Source: a virus. Taken from it: a DNA stretch of 64,000 nucleotides. Positions within the stretch are counted from its first letter, which is position 1, and each line of letters begins with the position of its first letter. Location: positions 96,001-160,000 of the IMG/VR virus record IMGVR_UViG_3300027896_000010; one strand, written 5' to 3'. The notes beneath the pieces were generated by a model. That model was not told where the DNA came from. It saw only the letters and a list, made by a program, of their open reading frames with translations, and did not search any database. Positions 17,395 to 26,946 of this stretch are shown here, in pieces. Made by a program: the position numbers and the translations under genes.

Positions 17395-17905
17395 TCTCTG
17401 CGTTTTCGTCTGCTTCCATCTCTGCTCTTATTTCTTCTATGTCTTCTGGGGTTGGGGATATGGTCTTAACCCAGACATAGCTCCGACCATCCTTTTGGAT
17501 ATCAAAACCGTTCTGCTTCAAGCGCCTGACCACGTACGGAATGTCCTGAACGAGTGCTTGTTCAGGTGTCTTGTTGGTCTTGAGTGGCAAGCCAGATGCT
17601 ATGATATCGTCCATGATTTCTTTCTTCGTCCCTCCCTCTAGTATTCGCTTTGCTATCGCCCTAGGTGCGGCGTCCCGAAAGATTTCGTCCAGAGACTTAA
17701 ATCCGTTCGTCATTACATCCTCCCTTTCTTGCATTATGTGGCTCATGGCACTAAAAGCCTTCTGCACCTTCGCCGTTTCTTCCATATGTAGCTTCTGCAA
17801 ATCCAACCATTCTTTGACGGTGATACCGACAGTCAGCTTCCCTCGAAGCTCCTCATCAGCTATGATGTTCGCCAATGTACAAACGACTCCAGTTTTCAAC
17901 GTCAT
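17306..17905 (-). CDS. hypothetical protein, possibly DNA-binding, acidic tail
   Basis: Helical; C-terminus rich in E/D. Confidence 0.6.
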   Translation of the reverse strand: MTLKTGVVCTLANIIADEELRGKLTVGITVKEWLDLQKLHMEETAKVQKAFSAMSHIMQEREDVMTNGFKSLDEIFRDAAPRAIAKRILEGGTKKEIMDDIIASGLPLKTNKTPEQALVQDIPYVVRRLKQNGFDIQKDGRSYVWVKTISPTPEDIEEIRAEMEADENAEIEAQIMAEEELADELPPIEDVDWDEDDVW

Positions 17906-18347
17906 TCACCTCCTTGACGCCTTCGCTTATTAATAGCCTAAGGCGGTTCTTGTCCTCGTCTGTTTTGATTGCCCATGTCATCCATGACAGAGACATTATC
18001 ACCCAGCATATACCGGGTGCTCCCCCATATACGACCTTTCCTTTGCGTTGCCACCATTTCTTATCGATTCGAATTGGCTTCTTGGTATCACCAGCCGTAT
18101 AGACTGGAAGGGTGATATAGTCCTCTCCCATATCTGTGAAATCAATGACGCTCTTTTTCTTGGGAAACAATTGGTCTTTCAATAGCTCCTTCATACCCTC
18201 GTCATATTCCTCAGAATAAGAGTCAGCGAGAGCATCCAGAGTATCTTCCCCTGCTTCCCAAAGAGCTTCTTCATCCCTACCAGCCAATGACCTCATGCTC
18301 CTTTTTCTCGACCTTCTTGAAGTCGTCTTCTTCCCAAGTATCAACAT
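17856..18347 (-). CDS. hypothetical protein
   Basis: ORF in coupled chain. Confidence 0.55.
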   Translation of the reverse strand: MLILGKKTTSRRSRKRSMRSLAGRDEEALWEAGEDTLDALADSYSEEYDEGMKELLKDQLFPKKKSVIDFTDMGEDYITLPVYTAGDTKKPIRIDKKWWQRKGKVVYGGAPGICWVIMSLSWMTWAIKTDEDKNRLRLLISEGVKEVNDVENWSRLYIGEHHS

Positions 18348-18519
18348 CCTTGAAATCCTGTAAAAGAGTTACTGCTAGTGCGAACATCGCTCCAGTAACA
18401 AACGCTACTATGATATACAGTATTGACTGGTTTGGTGCCAATACTATGACCATAGATAAAACCCCAAAACTTAACACAAAAAGCAGACATTGAATAATGA
18501 GCCATTTATGCTTACTCAT
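18277..18519 (-). CDS. two-TM membrane protein
   Basis: Two hydrophobic segments. Confidence 0.6.
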   Translation of the reverse strand: MSKHKWLIIQCLLFVLSFGVLSMVIVLAPNQSILYIIVAFVTGAMFALAVTLLQDFKDVDTWEEDDFKKVEKKEHEVIGW

Positions 18520-18530
18520 TCTAGCGCTCC

Positions 18531-18788
18531 TTACGAGTTCAGATATGCATCCCTGACTGCCGTAGCCTCGTCGTTAACCTCTTGTTCTACCTTGCTCCAG
18601 AGCGCGGCGAATGTCCTATCGACATCGTTCCTGCTATTGGTCATGATAGTCTTGCTGACAGAAGCATCGACTCGTGCCGATTCATATTGTGCGAGGCTTA
18701 TAGTCAGCCCAAGCTTGACCTGTATCGTAGTCTCACTTGGTTGCGGTCTTGGTTCTAGTACTTCTTTCTTATCCTGTTCCGTTGCCAT
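18531..18788 (-). CDS. conserved-looking phage hypothetical protein
   Basis: VKLGLTISLAQYESARVDAS resembles a common phage family. Confidence 0.65.
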   Translation of the reverse strand: MATEQDKKEVLEPRPQPSETTIQVKLGLTISLAQYESARVDASVSKTIMTNSRNDVDRTFAALWSKVEQEVNDEATAVRDAYLNS

Positions 18789-19129
18789 TACCTACTCCTT
18801 TCATGATTCCCATGAATTGGTGGGACAGTTTTAATGAATGTCCCTGCTCTTACCAACTGTATCCATTTCGTTTTTTCTTCTTCGGTAAACTCTTGAACAT
18901 GGAAATGACCCAGAGCTTCCTTTGGGACAAGCATCATCGGATACTCTTCTTCTAACTCTCGTCTCAGCCATGCCTCTCGAATTCGTTTGCGACCCCTATG
19001 ATAATTGACTCGTGCCAAATGTCTGCTGGCATCCCATAGAAAAATCATAGCAAGAATCGCTACGCCCCCGACAATCAGCAATCTAAGTATCCATGCTGGC
19101 ATCATCCATCTCCCCATCCCAAAAATCAT
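18788..19129 (-). CDS. single-TM protein
   Basis: N-terminal TM helix. Confidence 0.55.
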   Translation of the reverse strand: MIFGMGRWMMPAWILRLLIVGGVAILAMIFLWDASRHLARVNYHRGRKRIREAWLRRELEEEYPMMLVPKEALGHFHVQEFTEEEKTKWIQLVRAGTFIKTVPPIHGNHERSR

Positions 19130-19343
19130 TCTCCTGTGTCTTGTCGTATTCTTCTATAATTGCCAATGGGTCAGTAACACCATCGTTTCGCTTCTTTAAT
19201 ATGGCTTCCCAACCCCTACGAGCAAGAACATCGAGCAACCTCGATAGCTCATAAAGCTGAGTCCAAGTCAATTCTGATATAGCCCCCTGTACCGAAGACT
19301 CTATAGAATCTTTGAATCCCTGAAACTCATCTTGACTAGCCAT
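19083..19343 (-). CDS. hypothetical protein
   Basis: ORF in coupled chain. Confidence 0.6.
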   Translation of the reverse strand: MASQDEFQGFKDSIESSVQGAISELTWTQLYELSRLLDVLARRGWEAILKKRNDGVTDPLAIIEEYDKTQENDFWDGEMDDASMDT

Positions 19344-19345
19344 GA

Positions 19346-19762
19346 TTATGCCTTTACTGCCGACACCTTGACATATGCCGCTATCTTCTTGATAGTGGCC
19401 ATCTCTGCCGTCTGCTCTTGGGTCAACTTGCCCTCGTTGACCAGTGCCACGATACGCTCTGGATTAAACTGGGTAATTACTTCTACCACATCATCCCAAA
19501 GCCCTAGTGGCTCCAGATAGGCTTTGCATTTATCTTCTTTCCATTCAATCGAGCTTGGCTCAACCTTAGCGATACTCAGCATCTCGCCATCGACATCCAG
19601 TTGTTTGGAATCGATATTGTTGGCAAGCATGTACGATAGCAATTTACCGTTTACCAGCTTGAGCTTTTTATCTGCCTCGGCTTTCTCCTTGTAGATTTTC
19701 TGCCTGACCTTGAGGGTCGCCAGAAACTGCTCTTCCGTTCCAATTCCAGATTCAACTTCCAT
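19346..19762 (-). CDS. coiled-coil phage protein
   Basis: N-terminal coiled coil; layout seen in phage recombination/replication regions. Confidence 0.65.
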   Translation of the reverse strand: MEVESGIGTEEQFLATLKVRQKIYKEKAEADKKLKLVNGKLLSYMLANNIDSKQLDVDGEMLSIAKVEPSSIEWKEDKCKAYLEPLGLWDDVVEVITQFNPERIVALVNEGKLTQEQTAEMATIKKIAAYVKVSAVKA

Positions 19763-19784
19763 CCCATTCTCCTTTTCTAATCAT

Positions 19785-20939
19785 CTATCCCTTGATTACT
19801 GCTAATGGCCTCAGTACCACTAGTGGCTCGATTAAGTCAAGCTCCTGAGCGATAACCTTTTCGATATTCTTATAGGCTCCGGGGGCTTCATCCAAATCTT
19901 TCTTATGGCGAATGCCATGGACAATATCACCCATCTTAGCCATCTCGTCTTTTAAGCTAAGTTCGCGCTTCGCCTGATTACGACCCATTTTTCTACCGGC
20001 TCCATGGGAGCATGACATAAAGGATTCAATGTTGCCCTTCCCCTTAACGATATATGAGTGCGTTCCTTGAGAGCCGGGGATAATTCCAATCTGCCCTTCT
20101 CGTGCTGAGGTTGCCCCTTTGCGATGAACCATAACATTCTGCCCAAAGTGATTCTCAAAAACCGCATAATTATGATGTATATTGGTTATCTCAAGCTTAT
20201 CCCATACATCATCTGCATCAATATCAAATGCTTCTATGGCCTTTCTCATCATCATCTCACGATTAGCCTGTGCGAATTGCAAACAATATTCCATTTCTTC
20301 CATATAGGCTTGACCCTCATCTGTATCTAGCGGGAGGAAAGCTAATTGCCACTCCTTAGGAATTGAACTGTGCCATCTATTGTTTAGCTCGACAGCAATC
20401 TTATTGTAATAATCGGCAACCTGCTTCCCAATATTCCGCGACCCTGAATGAATCATCACATAGATGAACCCATCATCGCCCTTTTGTATTTCAATAAAAT
20501 GATTGCCACCGCCTAGTGTGCCCAGTTGCTTACGAGCCTTTTCATATTCTCGCTCCACTATCCCATTCGACAACGTCAGGCTAGGCATATAGTTTTCGGG
20601 GCACGGCACATCACGATGGCTGAATCCAACTGGAATAGTATCACGAATAAGCCCCATAGTCCTCTTGAGCGAATCAGTATCGGGAAGAGTGATATCGGTC
20701 TTCACCGCGCAGACTCCGCAACCGATATCGACCCCTACGGCATTGGGAACCACAACCCGCTTGGTCGCTAGCACCCCTCCGATTGGCATGCCGTAGCCCT
20801 GATGGGCATCAGGCATAATGGCAACATGTTTAAAAGCGAATGGCAATTTAGCCAAATGCTTTACCTGCTCCATGGCACCATCCTCGATATAATCGAGCCA
20901 TAGTTTTATCGGAAGCCCATCACTCTGCACTACTTGCAT
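19785..20939 (-). CDS. rtcB: RtcB-family 3-prime-phosphate RNA ligase
   Basis: MPDAHQGYGMPIG, VGVDIGCG, GTLGGGNHFIE, HSGSR, HHNY, HRKGAT, SHGAGR, DEAPGAYK. Confidence 0.96.
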   Translation of the reverse strand: MQVVQSDGLPIKLWLDYIEDGAMEQVKHLAKLPFAFKHVAIMPDAHQGYGMPIGGVLATKRVVVPNAVGVDIGCGVCAVKTDITLPDTDSLKRTMGLIRDTIPVGFSHRDVPCPENYMPSLTLSNGIVEREYEKARKQLGTLGGGNHFIEIQKGDDGFIYVMIHSGSRNIGKQVADYYNKIAVELNNRWHSSIPKEWQLAFLPLDTDEGQAYMEEMEYCLQFAQANREMMMRKAIEAFDIDADDVWDKLEITNIHHNYAVFENHFGQNVMVHRKGATSAREGQIGIIPGSQGTHSYIVKGKGNIESFMSCSHGAGRKMGRNQAKRELSLKDEMAKMGDIVHGIRHKKDLDEAPGAYKNIEKVIAQELDLIEPLVVLRPLAVIKG

Positions 20940-20947
20940 ATATGCCC

Positions 20948-21322
20948 CTAATCATCTGAGCCATCGCATATGGCTAACTTCAAATCTATGCTTTTGTTAA
21001 CAATATCTTGAACAACATTGGCCTTAAGAAATGGGGCTTCTGCATAACTCCCATCGATATCAAATCCCATCGAATCAAGCCAAGTAGCCAGTTGCGTATG
21101 ATACAGAATCCATTGGTCATTAGTATAACCATGGCCATCTCGAAGTCTGAGCCGTGGCCCAATCTCGACTACCTGTATGATTTCAGAAGCGTCTTGATAC
21201 TGAACTACCACAAAAGGAATCCTTTCGTCGTGTATGCTTTCGAGGACGTAATTTCCTTTAACAACAATTTTCTTATCTCTCGTTATCATCTCATCATCAA
21301 TGACTCTTGTCTTGTCAACCAT
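20948..21322 (-). CDS. hypothetical protein
   Basis: ORF with SD. Confidence 0.6.
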   Translation of the reverse strand: MVDKTRVIDDEMITRDKKIVVKGNYVLESIHDERIPFVVVQYQDASEIIQVVEIGPRLRLRDGHGYTNDQWILYHTQLATWLDSMGFDIDGSYAEAPFLKANVVQDIVNKSIDLKLAICDGSDD

Positions 21323-21337
21323 TATTATATCACTCTC

Positions 21338-21637
21338 CTATGACATCATATAAAAAGTACGAGGGTCTATCTCTAGCCCTGCGAACTTACCGCTATGGAT
21401 ATGAATCTTACAACACAGGGTCTGCTTGCATTCTGGGCAGATGTCAATCCCCTCTAGGCAACCACTTGCTACGACATAGTTGTTCTTTATCGCCCCACGC
21501 AAGTCGAATCTAACCTCATCTCCCTTACGAAACTCAGCCAGCATATTTTCAAGTTGCTTGGTTTGCACTTCTGCCTCGTACTCATGCTGGCAATAAGGGC
21601 AAACTATATTGTCATAGAAACTATCAAATAGTCCCAT
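21338..21637 (-). CDS. Zn-ribbon phage protein
   Basis: MGLFD...CPYC...VQTK...CPEC. Confidence 0.65.
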   Translation of the reverse strand: MGLFDSFYDNIVCPYCQHEYEAEVQTKQLENMLAEFRKGDEVRFDLRGAIKNNYVVASGCLEGIDICPECKQTLCCKIHIHSGKFAGLEIDPRTFYMMS

Positions 21638-21667
21638 TTAGTTTCTGCTCCTTCCTTACTTGCCATA

Positions 21668-21922
21668 TCACATATCCTTCGCCATGATTATTAACACCAT
21701 AGTAAGCATCATGCCTAATACTACTATTAAGCCTTCCAACAATATTTTCCACAAAGCTTCCCAAGTGGACATAACCCTAGAAGTAGTTACAATAACTGGC
21801 CCGTTAGGAAAATCAACTCTGTCCTGATGTTGCGGGAAAGCGTAATCATTAAAAAACAAAGCCCCTGTTATCGTAGATGCAAAAACAAGAATAGCCAATG
21901 TTATTAAAACAAATCCTCTCAT
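21668..21922 (-). CDS. two-TM membrane protein
   Basis: Two hydrophobic segments. Confidence 0.6.
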   Translation of the reverse strand: MRGFVLITLAILVFASTITGALFFNDYAFPQHQDRVDFPNGPVIVTTSRVMSTWEALWKILLEGLIVVLGMMLTMVLIIMAKDM

Positions 21923-21946
21923 CTTCCTACTTCTTCCCTATGGCGT

Positions 21947-22504
21947 CTAATATGTGGTGCCACTACCATTGCTATTATCGTTACTGTTATCTGTGTATTC
22001 AGATAATGCAATTTTCCACTTCCCGTTTTCTTTATAGCATGGATAGTACAGCATATCCCCAGATGACTTATTCAGAACCGTAAGCTGAGCCTCGTCACCC
22101 GATATCTCTTCCTTCTGAACTACTAACCCGCCTGACTGGTCACCTGCCCAGTAATCACGAATATCCGAAGAAGTCTCATTAGCGGCATCCTTCGCTGTCA
22201 GGTACGAGTGAGCCGTTGCAAAATCTCCTCTATCCAATGCCTTGACGAAAGCCAAGAACGTTGCCGATGGCCCCATTGGCTTGATAAGAGTCAGGGGCAA
22301 GACGACTGCTAGAGCTATCACCACCAATAGCACCAGTGCACCTATAATGCCTATCATCCATCCTTTGGATATCTTCTTCTTCGGCGATGGAACCTTGGGC
22401 GTATAATATGTCGATATCTTGGCTCCTAGTGGCTCTCCACAACTAGTACAGAACGGAGGAACCTCGTTGGAAGAATACTGCTTCCCACATTTTGGACAAT
22501 CCAT
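21947..22504 (-). CDS. Zn-ribbon + TM + small extracytoplasmic domain protein
   Basis: CPKCG...CTSCG, TM helix, PSATFLAFVKALDRGDFATAHSYLT...ENGKWKI. Confidence 0.75.
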   Translation of the reverse strand: MDCPKCGKQYSSNEVPPFCTSCGEPLGAKISTYYTPKVPSPKKKISKGWMIGIIGALVLLVVIALAVVLPLTLIKPMGPSATFLAFVKALDRGDFATAHSYLTAKDAANETSSDIRDYWAGDQSGGLVVQKEEISGDEAQLTVLNKSSGDMLYYPCYKENGKWKIALSEYTDNSNDNSNGSGTTY

Positions 22505-22564
22505 TTTATCCTCCCTTTTTAGGTTTCTGATTTAATCCCATCAGGCTTTTCCTCTATTTCCTTG

Positions 22565-22936
22565 TCAATTGATATGGTCTATGGACAAAAATTCTGGAAT
22601 TGTTTCCCCACAACACATACACTTGCCACCATAAGCTTCTATCACCTTAAGACGTTCTTTCCAGCGCCATGTTCGTTGAATTTCAGTGCGGCGTTCAGGG
22701 TTCTCTTGTCTCCATTGAGAAGCTTGGTTTTTATAACGTGACTTATTGAGTTGATAATTATCTCTAGCTATCTTTTTGCCTCTTTCCGTATTTGCTCGAT
22801 ACCACTCTTGAGATTTCTTTGTATAACACGACTTACATTGAGCCTCAAGTTTGCCAGTCTTTTTCCGCATAGGAAATTCAATAAAAGGTTTCCATGCACC
22901 ACAACCAGAACATTGTTTGAGTTTTGTATCAGCCAT
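22565..22936 (-). pseudogene. truncated HNH endonuclease
   Basis: CSGC...CKSC N-terminus, then YGGKCMCCGETIPEFLSIDHIN-stop; remainder of HNH core absent and only 60 nt remain before next gene. Confidence 0.7.
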
Positions 22937-23234
22937 TTTTTTTCTTCTTTTTTACAGCAGTAAAATCAGGATAGAAAAAGTCTCTCGTTTCAGTAACAGG
23001 TTTGATTTCATCGCAAATATCACAGGTATCCTCATGCCAGCAGGAGACTTCGACCTGACGACCACCAGAAGACTCACTACCACACTCCTGACATACCCAA
23101 TGCACCTTTCTAAGCCATACTGAGCCGTCTTTGACCATTTGCCTTATCGTGTCACCCTCGCGCCAGCCTACCGCTTCTATGGCTTCAATAGGAAGCGTTA
23201 TGGCTCCCTTTGAATTTATCTTTACTATCCACAT
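22929..23234 (-). CDS. AbrB/MazE/SpoVT-family DNA-binding protein with C-terminal Zn finger
   Basis: VKINSKGAITLP..A..AVGWREGD; CQECG...CDIC. Confidence 0.75.
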   Translation of the reverse strand: MWIVKINSKGAITLPIEAIEAVGWREGDTIRQMVKDGSVWLRKVHWVCQECGSESSGGRQVEVSCWHEDTCDICDEIKPVTETRDFFYPDFTAVKKKKKNG

Positions 23235-23241
23235 AGCTTTC

Positions 23242-23448
23242 CTACTTCCATTTTATAATTTCATCTCTAGATTTAGATGTAGTCTGTATAAGACTTCTGT
23301 TTCTGTGGAAGATTCCCTTGCTCTCAAAGTGTGAAACACAAACATTATCAGCAGCCTTATTAAGCCCATAATAAGCACAGTACCCAATGGTATGTTTAAT
23401 TTTACACTTCCAAAAGGTACAGCACTCACAGCGTATTCTGTTCTTCAC
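23242..23448 (-). CDS. small Cys-rich protein
   Basis: CECCTFW...GYC...VC. Confidence 0.5.
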   Translation of the reverse strand: MKNRIRCECCTFWKCKIKHTIGYCAYYGLNKAADNVCVSHFESKGIFHRNRSLIQTTSKSRDEIIKWK

Positions 23449-23459
23449 CAGCTTTCTCC

Positions 23460-25106
23460 TTACCGCCTCAGCAGTTCCTTGATATCGTTGAAAGTCATTT
23501 GAGGGACTATATTGCCACCATCTGCTTCGACGATACGATTGAACAATTGCTTCTTCCTTGTCAGAATCCTTTCCATGCCTTCTTCTACCGTGCCCCGGGC
23601 AACCATCTTAATAACGTTGACCGTGCCTTCCTGACCGATTCGGTGCGCCCTCGCGGCGGCTTGCTCATTAACGGATGGCACCCAGTCTTGGTCAAGAAAT
23701 ATCACGTAGTCAGCCGCTGTGAGGTTGATAGCTTCCTTGCAAGAATCGATAGTGCCTATGAAAATTTTACACGTTTCGTCCTCTTGAAACCTCTTGACCT
23801 CGACTGCCCTTTCCCTGCCCCTAACATCACCATCAACATAGGCTATATGATAGTCATGTTCCAGCAGGTAGCGCAACCGCATCGTAGCTTCTTTAAACTT
23901 GGAATAAATGATGGCTTTATGACCGTTATAAATAATGTCCTTCAGTAGATTTTGAACCTCATCGAACTTGGCGCTAGGAGCCTCTGACTTTATCAATTCT
24001 GGGTGGACAGCGATTTGACGAAGACGCATCAGCCTAGCGATGGCGTTCGGTATCGTCAGGACATCGCCTTCCTTGTTGACTATGAGAGCCTGTGCGATTT
24101 CCTCTTCTATAGCATTATACAACCCACGTTGTGCAGGGTCGAGGTCTATCATGATTTTCTGATGTATCTGTGCTGGCAGTTCCTTCAAGACTTGGTCTTT
24201 GCGCCGACGAATCATCACCGAAGCAAGGTTGCGACGAAGCTCGTTGAGGTTCTGATAGGCGACGACCTGCTTGCCTTCCCAGCCACCGTACACACAATAG
24301 CGATGAGAGAAGTTCCAGTAGCTTTTGTAATCCTCAGGGAACATACAGTTGAGAAGTGACCAGAGTTCATCTGGGCGGTTCATGATGGGAGTGCCAGTCA
24401 AGAGCATTGTCCTCTTGGCCTTGATGGTCTTGATGGCAACCGTCTGCTTTGCCTTAGGGTTTTTAATCCTATGCGCCTCGTCGATGATTAGCATATCCCA
24501 TGAAAGGTGCTTAAGGTCTTCAGCGTGTATTCTCGCTAGCGAATAATTAAGAATAGTAACGTTGACGTCCTCTGTCATTTGTTTCTCCCGCTTGGGCTTA
24601 GTACCTTCAATAACTACACTGGTCATGTCACTCCACTTCTCAACCTCGTCTTTCCAGTTCCATGTTGCCGTGTTCGGGCAAACAACAAGAATCTTCTTGC
24701 AACCAGTTAGAATTGCTACGGCAAGAGCTTCAACGGATTTCCCCAATCCCATCTCGTTGGCATTGAGGACATTCGTGCGTTCTAGCAGATACTCGACATC
24801 GGCCTTCTGATAAGGTCGAAGCTTGTCGGAGAAGGCCAACTCCTCACACACATCGCCCTGAGGGACCTCAGGCTGGTCGAACAGGTCTTTGTTCACCTGA
24901 GTCACCAAGGCATGGACTTCATCGCTTACGTTAGCTTCTGGGAATGCATCAACGACAGACGTAACCACCATGGGGGGATACAGGTTCGCCTTGGTACTGG
25001 CATCATAACTGCGACCGGGGATTTCCTTGCAACGCTCTACCAAGTCCCATGAGAAGTCAAACCGAACTCGAACCTTATCGCCAGCAAGGTCGATGTTGAC
25101 TGCCAT
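23460..25106 (-). CDS. SNF2-family (SF2) helicase/ATPase with HARP-like N-terminus
   Basis: LRPYQ, ANEMGLGKS, IIDEAH, LLTGTP..N, MIRRRK, QAAARAHRIGQ. Confidence 0.92.
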   Translation of the reverse strand: MAVNIDLAGDKVRVRFDFSWDLVERCKEIPGRSYDASTKANLYPPMVVTSVVDAFPEANVSDEVHALVTQVNKDLFDQPEVPQGDVCEELAFSDKLRPYQKADVEYLLERTNVLNANEMGLGKSVEALAVAILTGCKKILVVCPNTATWNWKDEVEKWSDMTSVVIEGTKPKREKQMTEDVNVTILNYSLARIHAEDLKHLSWDMLIIDEAHRIKNPKAKQTVAIKTIKAKRTMLLTGTPIMNRPDELWSLLNCMFPEDYKSYWNFSHRYCVYGGWEGKQVVAYQNLNELRRNLASVMIRRRKDQVLKELPAQIHQKIMIDLDPAQRGLYNAIEEEIAQALIVNKEGDVLTIPNAIARLMRLRQIAVHPELIKSEAPSAKFDEVQNLLKDIIYNGHKAIIYSKFKEATMRLRYLLEHDYHIAYVDGDVRGRERAVEVKRFQEDETCKIFIGTIDSCKEAINLTAADYVIFLDQDWVPSVNEQAAARAHRIGQEGTVNVIKMVARGTVEEGMERILTRKKQLFNRIVEADGGNIVPQMTFNDIKELLRR

Positions 25107-25142
25107 AAGCGACTCCTTTCACACGTTTCTCAGTCTTATGAT

Positions 25143-25171
25143 ATTATACCACAAAACGTGTGATTTAACAA
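25143..25171 (-). promoter_or_regulatory. sigma70-type promoter with TGTGA box
   Basis: TTGTTA-17-TGGTATAAT (extended -10); TGTGATTTAACA at 25159..25170. Confidence 0.7.
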
Positions 25172-25176
25172 GGAAA

Positions 25177-25815
25177 TTAAAGACTATTTCTCACCTGTTC
25201 AACCCAATCTCGCCATTGTACATCGATGCCTTCGCCCTCGTACGAGGCTACCTGCCAGCCCCTCTGTATTGACCCAAAGTTTTCATAGAGATACTTGCAG
25301 TATTTTTCTATCTGTATGGCTGGGCTATCGGCTGGATTGCTAAGGCCACCAAAGATTCCAATAGGCCCTCTATTATTGCCACCAGTCTCCACTACGGCAA
25401 CCCCTGCTAGTATTCTTGGGTCTATTCCGTAAGCCCCTGCATCTATTATCATCTTTTCGCCCATGCCAGCTAAGTCAGTGCCAACGAACCTAGCGTTAAG
25501 TCTATCAACCAGCCCTTGGTCAACCACGACCCTGCCCCGATTCTCTTGCATATCAACTCTCTGCTGGAGCGTTTCTGTCTTGGCAACCTGCCTCTTCATC
25601 TGTTTCTCTAACTTCACAATATGATTGCTGGTACTGGCCCACATAGGGAATATCATGAGGAACGCCAGTAGCCCCATAATAGACCCGCCAATACAGAAGC
25701 CCAGCAACCCCATGAGAGGACGTCTCGCCGCCTCTATAATATCCTTTTTCTCTGTCTCACGCCTTTGCTGTTCATCCAATTCCTCTGGCGTTAAAATCCC
25801 ATGCTTCTTAACCAT
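25177..25815 (-). CDS. membrane-anchored protein with lysozyme-like/glucosaminidase-like domain
   Basis: TM, coiled coil, then YGIDPRILAGVAVVETGG (putative catalytic Glu). Confidence 0.65.
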   Translation of the reverse strand: MVKKHGILTPEELDEQQRRETEKKDIIEAARRPLMGLLGFCIGGSIMGLLAFLMIFPMWASTSNHIVKLEKQMKRQVAKTETLQQRVDMQENRGRVVVDQGLVDRLNARFVGTDLAGMGEKMIIDAGAYGIDPRILAGVAVVETGGNNRGPIGIFGGLSNPADSPAIQIEKYCKYLYENFGSIQRGWQVASYEGEGIDVQWRDWVEQVRNSL

Positions 25816-25872
25816 ATTGACTTCCTTTCCTCATCTTAGTCCTTGTTTATAGATATTCTTCAAAAGTCCATG

Positions 25873-26379
25873 TTATCCTCTAATTTTATACATAATCACG
25901 GCTGTGCAATTACAAGTCTCTGCCCCACACTTCGGACAATACACATCTCTCCAGTAACCCTCTACTCTCGCTATCTCTTTTAACCCTAGGTGCTGGAATA
26001 GTCCTAGAGATGATGCCTCACTTTCCAACCACACTTCAGCAAATAGGGCATGGTCTGGATATGCCCTTCTTATCTTTTCTAAAAGCATCCACCCTATCCC
26101 TCTCCTGCGATATGCCTCATCAACCACCAAGTCCAATATCCATAATGTATTCGGCGCTAAGTTCACCCCTAACTGTTTCTTGAACTTTCGTCTATACCCT
26201 CTGGTCATGGGTTGCGCTGTCCCTACGCCTATAACGTCACCGTCACGATGGATAACATTAATCGCTATCCCCGACACCATTGATTCTATAATCTCAGGGT
26301 CTACCTCATCCCCCAGATACTTAGCCACCAGCTTCTCAGAGGCTTTTATCGTCTCACCTTTTATTGGCTCTATCTTCAT
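25873..26379 (-). CDS. GNAT-family N-acetyltransferase
   Basis: LVVDEAYRRRGIGWMLL; C-terminal CPKC...CNC. Confidence 0.85.
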   Translation of the reverse strand: MKIEPIKGETIKASEKLVAKYLGDEVDPEIIESMVSGIAINVIHRDGDVIGVGTAQPMTRGYRRKFKKQLGVNLAPNTLWILDLVVDEAYRRRGIGWMLLEKIRRAYPDHALFAEVWLESEASSLGLFQHLGLKEIARVEGYWRDVYCPKCGAETCNCTAVIMYKIRG

Positions 26380-26402
26380 GCATCCCTCCCCTGAAGGCTA
26401 TC

Positions 26403-26482
26403 TGGCTGGAGAGGTAGGATTCGAACCTACGACATGACATTTGGCTCCAAGGGCCAACGTTCTACCGCTGAACTACTCTCCA
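26403..26482 (-). tRNA. tRNA-Gln(UUG), with C33 and a 10-nt variable region
   Basis: TGGAGAG/CTCTCCA acceptor (U1:A72, G73), encoded CCA, stem TTGGC/GCCAA, loop CCTTGGA, T-loop TTCGAAT. Confidence 0.9.
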
Positions 26483-26688
26483 ATATATCTGTACTGATGG
26501 CTCCTGAGGACATGCCATCTCAATGACTGTTCATCTTTGTATGCGTTCAGGCAATAAGGACAATGCCAAAACACATACTTGTGAATCTCATCTACATTTG
26601 CCATGTGTCCTATCACGGCATTTAACAGAACACTCGCCACGAACAATGCAATTAGTATTATCAGCAATCCCCACGTTACTCCACGCAT
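26473..26688 (-). CDS. TM protein with C2H2-type Zn finger
   Basis: TM helix; CPYC...LRWHVLRSH. Confidence 0.65.
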   Translation of the reverse strand: MRGVTWGLLIILIALFVASVLLNAVIGHMANVDEIHKYVFWHCPYCLNAYKDEQSLRWHVLRSHQYRYIGE

Positions 26689-26724
26689 CCACCCCTTCCC
26701 CTGTGTCAGACCTCAAGCTATCTA

Positions 26725-26946
26725 TTAATCAAAATGCATGCCTCTTTTGAACGTCCTTCGGTACAACCAGTTATCGTATTTTAGGATGCCCCAATCCCAT
26801 AACCACTCTGTCTGGTCTAACCAGAACAAGAAGTTGAACCACAAGTCTTCTTTTAATGGCCTCTTCCTGTCGGTGGGGATGAAGTCGCCATTCTCATCCT
26901 TATCGCATTCTTCCCAGCGAACCCACAGTTTGTTCTTGGCTTTCAC
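26725..26946 (-). CDS. hypothetical protein
   Basis: ORF in coupled chain. Confidence 0.55.
   Translation of the reverse strand: MKAKNKLWVRWEECDKDENGDFIPTDRKRPLKEDLWFNFLFWLDQTEWLWDWGILKYDNWLYRRTFKRGMHFD

Noticed and set aside
26403-26482. Reading the anticodon as UGG (Pro)
   Set aside because: The 5-bp stem fixes the loop as CCTTGGA (UUG at 34-36), and U1:A72 with G73 are Gln identity elements.
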